Positions 1 through 9,109 of a stretch of 64,000 nt of DNA are shown one piece after another (position 1 is the stretch's first letter; each line of letters begins with the position of its first letter). The position numbers and the translations under genes are program-made. This DNA is from Desulfosudaceae bacterium (GTDB taxonomy: Bacteria; Desulfobacterota; Desulfobacteria; Desulfobacterales; Desulfosudaceae). The stretch spans positions 1,376,001 to 1,440,000 of the forward strand of contig CAXXDV010000003.1 of NCBI GenBank assembly GCA_963674745.2, given 5' to 3'. The notes beneath the pieces were generated by a model that was not told the origin of the DNA, did not search any database, and saw nothing but the letters and a program-made list of their open reading frames with translations.

Positions 1-564
1 AAAGTCCGGATGACCGACGGATGAATGCCAGTACCAGGCATTGGCGCCGCCATAAACCGCGGCCAGCTGGTCTTGAAGGCCGCAGGGAATCCGGGCCACG
101 GCTTCTTCTATGGCATGGGCGACGAGCGCGATTTGTTTGCGTGAAAGGGCATCTTTCGGGTTAATCGAAGCCAGGGCGCAGACAAGGGCCACGGCAGCTG
201 CTGATGATCCGCCCAGAGCGCTTTTTGGCGGAGAAGTCGAATTGATGGTAATATGCAGGCCGGATACATTAAAATAGTCGGCAATGGCAAACATCAGACC
301 GAGTGGATGTTGATACGGTGCCGCACCGGAAGAAAATTCGACGCTTTCAAATCCCCGGGAAGAAATTTTAACCACCCCTTCGGTATAAGGCAAAAGGGTT
401 ACTTCCGTACGGAGATCAATGGCCAGGTTAAAGGTCGCCGGCAACAGATTCTGCATGGGCAGGTAAATCGTTTTAATGTCCAAGGTTCCCCCCATATCGA
501 CACGGCATGGCGCGGATGTCGTCAGCGGGGATTTTTCAAGATACTTTTTTATATTTTGTGACAT
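1..564 (-). CDS. GHMP-family sugar kinase (galactokinase/heptose-7-P kinase-like), 3' end runs off the window
   Basis: Manual minus-strand translation from ATG at 564 (not in the ORF track): MSQNIKKYLEKSPLTTSAPCRVDMGGTLDI...TSPPKSALGGSSAAAVAL...CGLQDQLAAVYGG. Contains GHMP motif I (APxRVDxGG), a PxxxGLGSSAA-like ATP motif and GxQDQ. Overlaps the recO stop. Confidence 0.85.
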   Translation of the reverse strand, partial: MSQNIKKYLEKSPLTTSAPCRVDMGGTLDIKTIYLPMQNLLPATFNLAIDLRTEVTLLPYTEGVVKISSRGFESVEFSSGAAPYQHPLGLMFAIADYFNVSGLHITINSTSPPKSALGGSSAAAVALVCALASINPKDALSRKQIALVAHAIEEAVARIPCGLQDQLAAVYGGANAWYWHSSVGHPDF

Positions 565-1351
565 TGTCTTTCTGTCTCCATTCTCTCAGACTACGCAGGA
601 CCTTAAGGCTTTTAATGTCCGTAGAAAGATGAAAGGGCACAAACAATTCCATGGCAGCCAGACCTTCCCGTTTGGCAGCGGGCGTAAGCTGGATTCTCCC
701 GGCTTTCTGGAGGTTGCCCTCTTTTAACCACAACAGCTGTTTTATGGCTCCTTTGGAAATCATCACGTACCGGGTCACCCGGGCGGAAGAAAAGCATGTA
801 CCGCAGACCAGCCCGCCCATGGCAATATCAAACGCCATCTGCGCTTCGGCCAGATCTTCCAACGGTTTATGGCAGACCCGGCAACCGGTCAACCCGGGCG
901 ACATCCCCGCCAGGCTCATAAAGCGGATCTGGAACAAAAGGCTGATGGTCTCTCTGGTCGCCATATCCTTGTCCAGCATGGTCAGGGCGTGAAAAAAAAG
1001 AGCGAACAGATTATTCTGAAAGCCGCCACTGACGACCCAGCGATTGATCATTTCCGACCAGTAGCTGGCGTAGGCAATTTTTTCAGCGTCGTTTCTCATG
1101 CCGGCAAAAGGATGCGTTAAAACGACTTCTTTTAGCAACAGCAGGTTTCCCCGGCCGTTTTTAGGAACCGCAAAATTGGCGTCCAGGCAGGAAAACGGTT
1201 CTAAAACACCGGCAAAACGTTTTTTGCTTTTTTTGGCGTTTTTAGCGATGGCGGAAATTTTTCCGTGATCCCGGGTCAGAAAATCAATGATGTAATCATA
1301 TTCGGAAAAATCCATCCGCCTGAGTATAATTGAAGCTGTAGCCAGGGACAT
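536..1351 (-). CDS. recO: DNA repair protein RecO
   Basis: N-terminal OB-fold (ILRRMDFSEYDYIIDFLTRDHGKISAIAKNAKKSKKRF...LEPF) and Zn-finger CRVC...GGLVCGTC. Confidence 0.93.
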   Translation of the reverse strand: MSLATASIILRRMDFSEYDYIIDFLTRDHGKISAIAKNAKKSKKRFAGVLEPFSCLDANFAVPKNGRGNLLLLKEVVLTHPFAGMRNDAEKIAYASYWSEMINRWVVSGGFQNNLFALFFHALTMLDKDMATRETISLLFQIRFMSLAGMSPGLTGCRVCHKPLEDLAEAQMAFDIAMGGLVCGTCFSSARVTRYVMISKGAIKQLLWLKEGNLQKAGRIQLTPAAKREGLAAMELFVPFHLSTDIKSLKVLRSLREWRQKDNVTKYKKVS

Positions 1352-1354
1352 AAA

Positions 1355-2722
1355 TTATATTCCGAGGATTGTTGTCGCCGCTATAAAATAAAAAAATACG
1401 CTGATGATATCGATAAAGGTGGTCACAAACGGGCCGGTCGCAACCGCGGGATCGATTTTCAACCGGGCAAACGTCATGGGGAACAGCGAGCCGACCAGGG
1501 CGGCAATGGACATGGATGAAACAACGGATGTTCCGACCGCCAGGCTAAAACCCGACATGCCGTATTGCACCTGGGCAACAGCGCCGATGATGGCGCCGTA
1601 AAAAAGGCCCAGCAGCAGACCGACTGCGATCTCCTTGAAAATGACGGCACTAAAGTCACTGATACTCAATCTGTTTGTCGCCAGCCCGCGGACAACAATG
1701 GTGCATGACTGGGTGCCGATATTCCCGCCCATCCCCATGATGACCGGAATAAAAGCGGCGATATAAGCAAACGTGCGCAGATGTTCTTCGAAATGGCCGA
1801 TTATAAAAAAAGCCACAATCCCGCCGAAACAACTGGCAAACAGCCATGGCAGACGGATGCGGATACTGCGGAAAACGGTCTGCGTTTCCACAAAGGTTTC
1901 GCCGACACCGGCCATTTTCAGGATGTCTTCCGTGGCTTCTTCCCGGAAAACATCGATGACATCGTCAACCGTGACAATTCCCACCAGGACATTGGACCTG
2001 TCTATAACGGGAACGGCCAGAAAGTCATAACGCTCTACGATTTTTGCCACATCTTCCTGGTGGGTATCGGTTGTCACGGAATAGACATCCGTGGTCATAA
2101 ACTCTTTTAGCGGTGTATGTCCGGGTACCACAACCAGCTGACGCAAAGAGACCACTCCCACCAGTCGCTTGTATTCATCCACGACATACAGATAAAACGG
2201 CATTTCCACATTAATATATTCACTCTGCAAAGACTGGATAGCCTCACTGGCGGTAACGTCCTGCTGCAGGGCTATAAAATCCGGCAGCATGATCGCGCCG
2301 GCGGTATCATCTTCATAAGCCAGCAGCTCTTCCACGTCCTCCGATGCTTCGCGCTGCATTTTTTCAAGCAGTTCAGTGGATTTTGTTTCAGGCAGACACC
2401 CCAGCAGGGCAGCGACATCATCGGGGGACATCTCCATCAGCACCTCAACGACGTCGTTCACATCCAGTTTGTCGATAAGACTGGGCACAATAGATTCATC
2501 CAGGGTGGCGAACAGCACCCCTTTATGTTCCACTGCATCAAGCATATTAAACAGTTTTACCTGATTAACCAGGGGTATATCCTTAAACACAAGCGCCAGG
2601 TCGGCAGCATGCGTTTTATTGACCATTTTTCGCAGGTGGGTAATCGCATTTCGCCTCAGGAGCCGCTTAATGCTTTCAACAAGTATTCTGTTTCGATGAC
2701 TGAGCCGGCCGATGTCAACCAT
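1355..2722 (-). CDS. mgtE: Magnesium transporter MgtE
   Basis: MgtE N-domain, CBS pair (LVGVVSLRQL; VGIVTVDDVID), TM region with RLPWL, GGNIGTQS and IDPAVATGPFVTTFIDI. Confidence 0.95.
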   Translation of the reverse strand: MVDIGRLSHRNRILVESIKRLLRRNAITHLRKMVNKTHAADLALVFKDIPLVNQVKLFNMLDAVEHKGVLFATLDESIVPSLIDKLDVNDVVEVLMEMSPDDVAALLGCLPETKSTELLEKMQREASEDVEELLAYEDDTAGAIMLPDFIALQQDVTASEAIQSLQSEYINVEMPFYLYVVDEYKRLVGVVSLRQLVVVPGHTPLKEFMTTDVYSVTTDTHQEDVAKIVERYDFLAVPVIDRSNVLVGIVTVDDVIDVFREEATEDILKMAGVGETFVETQTVFRSIRIRLPWLFASCFGGIVAFFIIGHFEEHLRTFAYIAAFIPVIMGMGGNIGTQSCTIVVRGLATNRLSISDFSAVIFKEIAVGLLLGLFYGAIIGAVAQVQYGMSGFSLAVGTSVVSSMSIAALVGSLFPMTFARLKIDPAVATGPFVTTFIDIISVFFYFIAATTILGI

Positions 2723-2753
2723 TTTTCCATCCCTTGTAAAAAAAGCAGTACAA

Positions 2754-3527
2754 TCAGGGAATATCGATATTTACGACTTTTCCCTGTTCCCGGGGAAGTT
2801 CAACCGGAACATCATTGGCAAAAAGTTTTATGCCGGCGGCATTCCCGATGAGCAGGTTATATCTCCTGAGCGCTTCAAATTCAAGACGGTCTCCCGGTCG
2901 AAGTGTATATTCCCTGTTTTTGTTATTATCAATGTTAATTTTTAACCAGGTGTCCGCCACGGCAACTACGGATAAACGAATCGTTTTTGTATCAGTATCG
3001 CCCGGCAATACACTACCGGTATCATTTATTTCATCACCACAATCAGCGGGTGGCGTTAAAACCGGTTCCGAGGTGACCGCTACCCTGCCCTTATCCGTTT
3101 GCTTTTGATGTCTTACCTGCTCTTCATGCCGGGTTGAAAGAAAAACAGTCAGTGAAATAAGGATAAAAATGACAGTCCCGGACATGATCAGTTTTTTCCA
3201 GAACAAATCATTTTCCCTGACCAGGTTCTCGCTTGACACAATTGTCTGCTTAAACTGGTTTAATCGTTGCAGATAATCCTGAATAACCCTGGCTTCATCA
3301 GCATCTACGAGTCGGGCAAATCCCCTTAAAAAGCCTTTGGCAAATACCGGCTCCGGCATCCTTGACAAATCTTCATTCTCAATCGCTTTTAAGACGCTTG
3401 TACCGATTTTTAAGTCCAGCGCAACAACCTCCAGGTTCAGATTTTTCGTTTTTCTGCACCATTGAAGATAGCGGCCAAAAGACATTTGCGTTTGACTACC
3501 GGTAAGGGCCATGTCAGTTTTTTTCAA
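2754..3527 (-). CDS. rodZ: RodZ-like cell-shape protein (HTH + TM + DUF4115)
   Basis: HTH 'FGRYLQWCR...LKAIENED...PEPVFAKGFLRGFARLV', single TM, C-terminal 'DTWLKINID...LLIGNAAGIKL'. True start may be a downstream ATG. Confidence 0.85.
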   Translation of the reverse strand: MKKTDMALTGSQTQMSFGRYLQWCRKTKNLNLEVVALDLKIGTSVLKAIENEDLSRMPEPVFAKGFLRGFARLVDADEARVIQDYLQRLNQFKQTIVSSENLVRENDLFWKKLIMSGTVIFILISLTVFLSTRHEEQVRHQKQTDKGRVAVTSEPVLTPPADCGDEINDTGSVLPGDTDTKTIRLSVVAVADTWLKINIDNNKNREYTLRPGDRLEFEALRRYNLLIGNAAGIKLFANDVPVELPREQGKVVNIDIP

Positions 3528-3555
3528 CCATAGGGTGGTCAGGCATTAATATTGT

Positions 3556-4608
3556 TTATTCAAGAATTTTAATATGGGCCGAATCACGCAATTCACTAAT
3601 CCAGGCATTAAATTTATCATCCAGTTTTTTCTCATAAAGTTTTTTGTGAATCCTGCCGGCTGTTTCATCATCAAGATTACCGTCATTGTTTATGACCGAG
3701 TGGACATAAAAAATCTGATATCCAAAACCCGTTTCAATCACGGGGGTTATATCACCTTCAGCCGTATTGATAATTGCCTCTTTAATGGTATCGGCCAGAT
3801 CGTTTTCAGCAAATAGACCGAGATCTCCGCCTGTCTCGGCCACGGACGACTGCGAGTATTGCCTGGCCATGTCTTCAAAAGAAGCGCCCGCTTTAATCTG
3901 CTGATGGATTTCTTCCATTTTTGCAAGAACCGCCTCCCTTTGATCCGGTTCAGCCCCTTTTGGCGTTAAAAGGACGATCTGTTTCAAATGATACCAGGTC
4001 CCGGTGGCGAACTCTTCAGGATGATCCTGATAATAATGCTCGACTTCCTCTCTGGTGACAACGATTTTTGACTTGACCTCATGACTCAATAACTTGTTTT
4101 TAATAAGCTGATTTTTTACATTTTCTCGATACTCATCAACCGTCTGGCCGATTTCAGAAAGGTATGATTGAAAAGCGTCATCAGAGTAAAGCATAGATTG
4201 TTTCATTTGATCCAGGGCTTCGGTAACCTCCTGGTCACTCACGATAATGCCCAGATCCGCTGCTTGCTGTCTGCCCAACTTTTCGTTGATCAGGCCGGCC
4301 AGAATTTCATTTCGCGCCTGGGCAAGGACATTTTTTTCGGTTTCTTCCGGCAGATGCTGCTGCATGATATTCATTTTGTATGGAACCAGGGCCTTGTCAA
4401 TATCAGACAATAAAACAATATCGTTGTTGACAATGGCGACTATCCTGTCCACCACTTTTTCAGGCTTGTTCTGTTGTGCCGGGGATGGATAGACGAATAA
4501 CCCTGAAATGATGACCACCGTTCCAATCAAAAAAAAGCGCTCGATGGCTTTTGTCAAACGGGTTATCCGCCTGCGTGATTTGTGCTTTACTTGTAAATTT
4601 TTTCCCAT
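3556..4608 (-). CDS. surA: SurA-like peptidyl-prolyl isomerase/chaperone
   Basis: 'VVDRIVAIVNNDIVLLSD' SurA N-domain; parvulin motif 'SFEDMARQYSQ...GGDLG'. Confidence 0.85.
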   Translation of the reverse strand: MGKNLQVKHKSRRRITRLTKAIERFFLIGTVVIISGLFVYPSPAQQNKPEKVVDRIVAIVNNDIVLLSDIDKALVPYKMNIMQQHLPEETEKNVLAQARNEILAGLINEKLGRQQAADLGIIVSDQEVTEALDQMKQSMLYSDDAFQSYLSEIGQTVDEYRENVKNQLIKNKLLSHEVKSKIVVTREEVEHYYQDHPEEFATGTWYHLKQIVLLTPKGAEPDQREAVLAKMEEIHQQIKAGASFEDMARQYSQSSVAETGGDLGLFAENDLADTIKEAIINTAEGDITPVIETGFGYQIFYVHSVINNDGNLDDETAGRIHKKLYEKKLDDKFNAWISELRDSAHIKILE

Positions 4609-5267
4609 TGTTGCTCATTCAATTCTATGTCGTATTGTTGTTGCAGACTGCTCATCCATTGTGGATAAAGCGCCTGTGCTTTTTCCCTGCGTAATTGTTT
4701 TACAAAAGAAGCGTCAATCTTATGCGAAAGAGATGCTTCATCTTCCTGATCAACGGGAAGACAGGCACGAAAATGCCGCCTGACCTCTTCCGGTGACAGG
4801 TTGATTTTGATGACCAGCTCATGATCGATCACTTTTTCCGTCAACAATCGGATGGCCACCCTTTTTTTCCAGGCGTCAAAAGGAATCGCCCTTTCCTGTA
4901 AGGTCTTATTAAAAACACCATCCGGATAATCATCCTTGACCTCTTTAACCGCGTTTTCCAATTCTGCGGGCGATACAGACAACCCCAGTTCCTCGGCCCT
5001 TTTGGTCAGGATAAGCTCTTCGGTCAACTGCTTCAGAAGCCGGGTTTTCAATTTATCAACCACCGGTTTTTCCTGAAGGGCTTCATAGGGATAGGAGGCC
5101 TTCATTACTTCCAGAGCGTCCAGGTAGTCTTCAACGGTTACAGCTGTATTGTCGATTCGAACAAGATAATTTTTATTTGTGTCGTTATCGAAAATACTGC
5201 AACCGATGATGAGCATGAAAGGCAGAACAACCCCGAGCACCACTTTTTTAAGAAATTGAAAAGCCAT
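4587..5267 (-). CDS. SurA N-terminal-domain lipoprotein (PrsA/PpiD-like, no complete rotamase domain)
   Basis: Lipobox-like 'LIIGC'; 'LTEELILTKRAEELGLSVS' SurA_N helix pattern; lies between mfd and surA. Confidence 0.75.
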   Translation of the reverse strand: MAFQFLKKVVLGVVLPFMLIIGCSIFDNDTNKNYLVRIDNTAVTVEDYLDALEVMKASYPYEALQEKPVVDKLKTRLLKQLTEELILTKRAEELGLSVSPAELENAVKEVKDDYPDGVFNKTLQERAIPFDAWKKRVAIRLLTEKVIDHELVIKINLSPEEVRRHFRACLPVDQEDEASLSHKIDASFVKQLRREKAQALYPQWMSSLQQQYDIELNEQQWEKIYK

Positions 5268-5311
5268 TATTCCCCTGATTTTCCCACCTGAATAAGAACA
5301 TATACTATAAA

Positions 5312-8300
5312 TTATTTATTGTTAACACGATAAGTTATGTCTTTCAAGAGATTTCTGGCAAAGACAATACCGTTTCGACGCTTTTTCGGAGGAAGATTTA
5401 CCTTGAAGGCCTGTTCGGAGAGCGTTTCAAAAGGCAACTGCTTTTCTGATAAGATCTCCTGGATGACCGGATGTGACGACAAACGGTCCGGACCAAGATA
5501 AAGGGCCAGGTATGAATCTGTTAATTCCACTCTTTTTATCCCGGCCCTGACGGCAAAGACCTTAAGAAGGATTTTTAAAAGCAGGTTCTCTGTTTCTACC
5601 GGCATCCGGCCGTACCGGTCGGTCAATTCTTCTTTTACGCTGTTAATGTCACCGGTTGTCCGGGCTCTGGCCAGGCGTCTGTAAATCGACATCCGCTGGT
5701 CAATGGCCGGGATATATTCATCGCTGATAAAGGCTGAAAGCGGGATGTTGATCTCGGCGTCAACCGGTCCTTCGGCCGGCTCCCCTTTTAATTCAGCCAC
5801 TGTTTTTTCCATCAATTGCAGGAACATATCATATCCGACAGCCGCTATATGTCCGGACTGGGAAACACCCAGAACCGAACCGCCGCCGCGAATCTGCAAG
5901 TCGTTCATCGCGATCTGAAAACCGGAACCAAGATCGCTGTGCTCCATCAGTACTTTCAGCCGTTTCTGGGCGTCCTTGCTCAAAGCCGTGTCTTTGGGAA
6001 TGAACAGGTAAGCATAGGCCTGTTCATCCGAGCGCCCCACTCTTCCACGCAACTGGTAAATCTGGGCCAGACCGAACTTGTCGGCACGATTGACAAAAAT
6101 GGTGTTGGCCGACGGGATATCCAGGCCGGATTCAATAATACGGGTGCAGACAAGCATATCAATTTCTTTGTTCACGAATTTCAGCATTTCCTGTTCCAGC
6201 TTATCACTTCCCAGCCGTCCGTGGGCGACACCGATTCTTACCTCCGGCACCAGCTTCTGCAGGTGATTGGCGATATACCATATTTTATTGATATTGTTAT
6301 GAACAAAATAGATCTGGCCGCCGCGTTTGAGCTCTCTTCGGACGGCCGCTTTTATAATGCCATCGTCAAACTCGCAGACATAGGTTTTGACAGCCAGGCG
6401 GTCTTCCGGCGGCGTGTTGATTACGCTGATATCTCTGACGCCGATCAGGGACATATGCAGGGTCCTGGGAATGGGCGTTGCAGTCAAAGAAAGTACATCC
6501 ACCGTGCTTCTAAGTGTTTTCAGCTTTTCTTTGTGTTTGACACCGAATCGCTGTTCTTCATCCATTATGACCAACCCCAGGTCTTTAAAAGAGACATCCT
6601 TGGATAATAAGCGATGGGTCCCGATAACAATATCGATCTTTCCGTCACTGACATCACGGACGATCTGCTTCTGCCTGGCAGGCGACCGGAAACGATTCAA
6701 ACACGCGATCTGTACCGGATAATCCGAAAACCGGTTTTTGAATGTGGCCAGATGCTGTTCAGCCAGAACTGTGGTGGGTACCAGAACCGCTATCTGCTTG
6801 CCGTCGCAGACAGCCTTGAATGTGGCTCTCATGGCGATTTCGGTTTTTCCGAACCCGACATCGCCACAAACCAGACGGTCCATGGGTTTTGTCATCTCCA
6901 TATCGGACAACACCTCTTCAATTACGTTGAGCTGATCGTCTGTCTCATCGTAGGGGAAGCTTGCCTCAAAATCGTCAAAGTAGGCGTCGGCCGGGCTGAA
7001 AGAATACCCCTGGTTGACTTTACGCCGGGCGTAAAGCGTTAACAGTTCCTTGGCGATTCTTTCCGCTTCTTTTTTGGCCTTTGCTTTTGCCGTTTGCCAT
7101 GATTTACCACCCATCTTGTCCAGCTCTGGAACGATATCGTCGACCCCGATATATTTTCTGGCCATATCCATCCGGTCGACGGACAAATAAAGACGGTCAT
7201 CATATTTGTATCGGATCAGCAGAAAATCACCATAAACGTTTTCTACTTTAATTTTCCGCATACCGTCATAACGGCCAATACCGTGATCAACATGAACGAT
7301 AAAATCACCTTTTTTCAGTTCTTCGAGCTCCAGGATTTCCGCCCGGGTCGTCGGCCGCCGGACGCGTCTGCGCTTACGGTTGCTGCCGAAAATATCTGAT
7401 TCGCAGATCAAAGACAATCCGCAACCGGGGCATATAAATCCGGTTGATACCTGACCCGGGACCAGTCGTATCAGTCCGGCAGAACCTGAAAGAACATCGG
7501 GGAACCCGTCAACATGAACCGGTTTGATGCCATACGGCGCCAACAGGGCCTGTATCCGTTCCTCCCGGGAAAGATTACTGCAGGTGATTACGGTGGTCTG
7601 TCCCGCCTGTTGATTGTTTGTCAACCATTCCGCAAAAGGTTTTAACGGGTTGTCTGTGTCATGGTTGTACTTTAAGGTTGCCGGCAGGCTGTTTACCGAC
7701 TTGACGTCCATGTGGATCCGGTTTTTGGCCTGTTTGTCTTCCGGTAATCCCGGAGATTCTTCCTTTGCCAGCGCACGAAGCAAAATCGTACGCCTTTGGA
7801 AAACCATCTCTTTTGCTTCTTCCCAGTCGAGGAACAGGTCCTCCGGCGGAACACACAGTTTTCTTTCGTTTTCCGAAGCCTCGTAATTCTCAGCAATCTG
7901 TTGCCGATGGTAAGCGGCAGCGCTTTCTATATCTTCCGGGATTGCCAGGACGAAACAGGTATTGCCGGGAAGATAATCAAACAGCGTGGATAAATGGTTG
8001 TACAACAGCGGCGTCATTCTATGGATATCGTCACCGGCGGATCCGGTGGTGACCCGCTCCACCATTTCCCTGACGGCAGACAGGGGTAAATCGAGTTCAG
8101 CGGCCCGTTTTTTGATGGCTGCGATATATCGGCCGGTATGCTCTTTTTTCAGAATTGTTTCTCTGGCCGGCAACAATATGATCTCTTCAGCTGTTTTGGT
8201 CCGGCGCTGGGAAACCGGTGAAAAAAAGTGGAGGGTGTCTACTGTATCTCCGAAAAAATCCACCCGCACGGGATCATCGTAAAAGGGTGAAAACACGTCC

Positions 8301-8845
8301 AGAATACCGCCACGTAAAGAGAAATCACCCGGTTCCTCTACGATGGCGCTCCGGGAATAGCCGCCATTGGTCAGTTTCTCCAGCAGTCCCGATAAATCAA
8401 CATCTTCGCCGACCATCAGGATTTCAGCAAAATCACACAATTCGGTTTTCGGTAGAAGCCGTTGCAGCAATCCTTCAAGGGACAGAACGAGTACCGACGG
8501 CATAACGCCCTGGGTCATCTGGTATAAAAGGCGAACTCTCGCAGCCGACGTTCGGTTGTGATATGACAGGTGGGTATATGGCAGAATGCTGTAACCCGGG
8601 AAAACTTCCAGAGACCGGTCCCGGGAATCACCCAGAAAAAATGACAGGTCGCTTGACAGTCGCTCGGCTTCGCGGGCATCGGCTGTAACAACGACCACGG
8701 GTGCTCCGGTAAAGTCGGCGATCCGAAAAGCAATATAAGCATCAGCCGAACCGTTTATGCCGCTACATTCAATATGAGAAGCGGACCCCTGAACGGCATC
8801 GAGGAGCTGCTGTATTTTTTTCTCTTGATTTTGAAACATACTCAC
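5312..8845 (-). CDS. mfd: Transcription-repair coupling factor Mfd
   Basis: UvrB-like N-part, CarD-like RID 'VHVDHGIGRY', helicase motifs CGDVGFGKTE, DEEQRFGV, TATPIPRT, QLRGRVGRS, C-terminal TRCF domain. Confidence 0.98.
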   Translation of the reverse strand: MSMFQNQEKKIQQLLDAVQGSASHIECSGINGSADAYIAFRIADFTGAPVVVVTADAREAERLSSDLSFFLGDSRDRSLEVFPGYSILPYTHLSYHNRTSAARVRLLYQMTQGVMPSVLVLSLEGLLQRLLPKTELCDFAEILMVGEDVDLSGLLEKLTNGGYSRSAIVEEPGDFSLRGGILDVFSPFYDDPVRVDFFGDTVDTLHFFSPVSQRRTKTAEEIILLPARETILKKEHTGRYIAAIKKRAAELDLPLSAVREMVERVTTGSAGDDIHRMTPLLYNHLSTLFDYLPGNTCFVLAIPEDIESAAAYHRQQIAENYEASENERKLCVPPEDLFLDWEEAKEMVFQRRTILLRALAKEESPGLPEDKQAKNRIHMDVKSVNSLPATLKYNHDTDNPLKPFAEWLTNNQQAGQTTVITCSNLSREERIQALLAPYGIKPVHVDGFPDVLSGSAGLIRLVPGQVSTGFICPGCGLSLICESDIFGSNRKRRRVRRPTTRAEILELEELKKGDFIVHVDHGIGRYDGMRKIKVENVYGDFLLIRYKYDDRLYLSVDRMDMARKYIGVDDIVPELDKMGGKSWQTAKAKAKKEAERIAKELLTLYARRKVNQGYSFSPADAYFDDFEASFPYDETDDQLNVIEEVLSDMEMTKPMDRLVCGDVGFGKTEIAMRATFKAVCDGKQIAVLVPTTVLAEQHLATFKNRFSDYPVQIACLNRFRSPARQKQIVRDVSDGKIDIVIGTHRLLSKDVSFKDLGLVIMDEEQRFGVKHKEKLKTLRSTVDVLSLTATPIPRTLHMSLIGVRDISVINTPPEDRLAVKTYVCEFDDGIIKAAVRRELKRGGQIYFVHNNINKIWYIANHLQKLVPEVRIGVAHGRLGSDKLEQEMLKFVNKEIDMLVCTRIIESGLDIPSANTIFVNRADKFGLAQIYQLRGRVGRSDEQAYAYLFIPKDTALSKDAQKRLKVLMEHSDLGSGFQIAMNDLQIRGGGSVLGVSQSGHIAAVGYDMFLQLMEKTVAELKGEPAEGPVDAEINIPLSAFISDEYIPAIDQRMSIYRRLARARTTGDINSVKEELTDRYGRMPVETENLLLKILLKVFAVRAGIKRVELTDSYLALYLGPDRLSSHPVIQEILSEKQLPFETLSEQAFKVNLPPKKRRNGIVFARNLLKDITYRVNNK

Positions 8846-8880
8846 GTTATTTTCTTTTTCTATTATGATAAGTCAGATCG

Positions 8881-8956
<76 letters not shown>

Positions 8957-9109
8957 TCTTTTCTTCGTCCTTTATCCAGTAAACTCAATCCATTTCTTCC
9001 GCACCAATAACCTGTCGCATGAAAGATATTATTGCCATCCGGGCAAATGTGAATTATGATAATGGATTAATGATGAATGATCATCAACCATAAAAAATAA
9101 ATACTGAAA

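Noticed and set aside
253..561. Plus-strand 102-aa ORF and the many other antisense or out-of-frame ORFs in the track (e.g. 2117-2851, 5816-6607, 35513-36307, 40392-41180)
   Set aside because: They overlap well-supported genes on the opposite strand and show no motifs.
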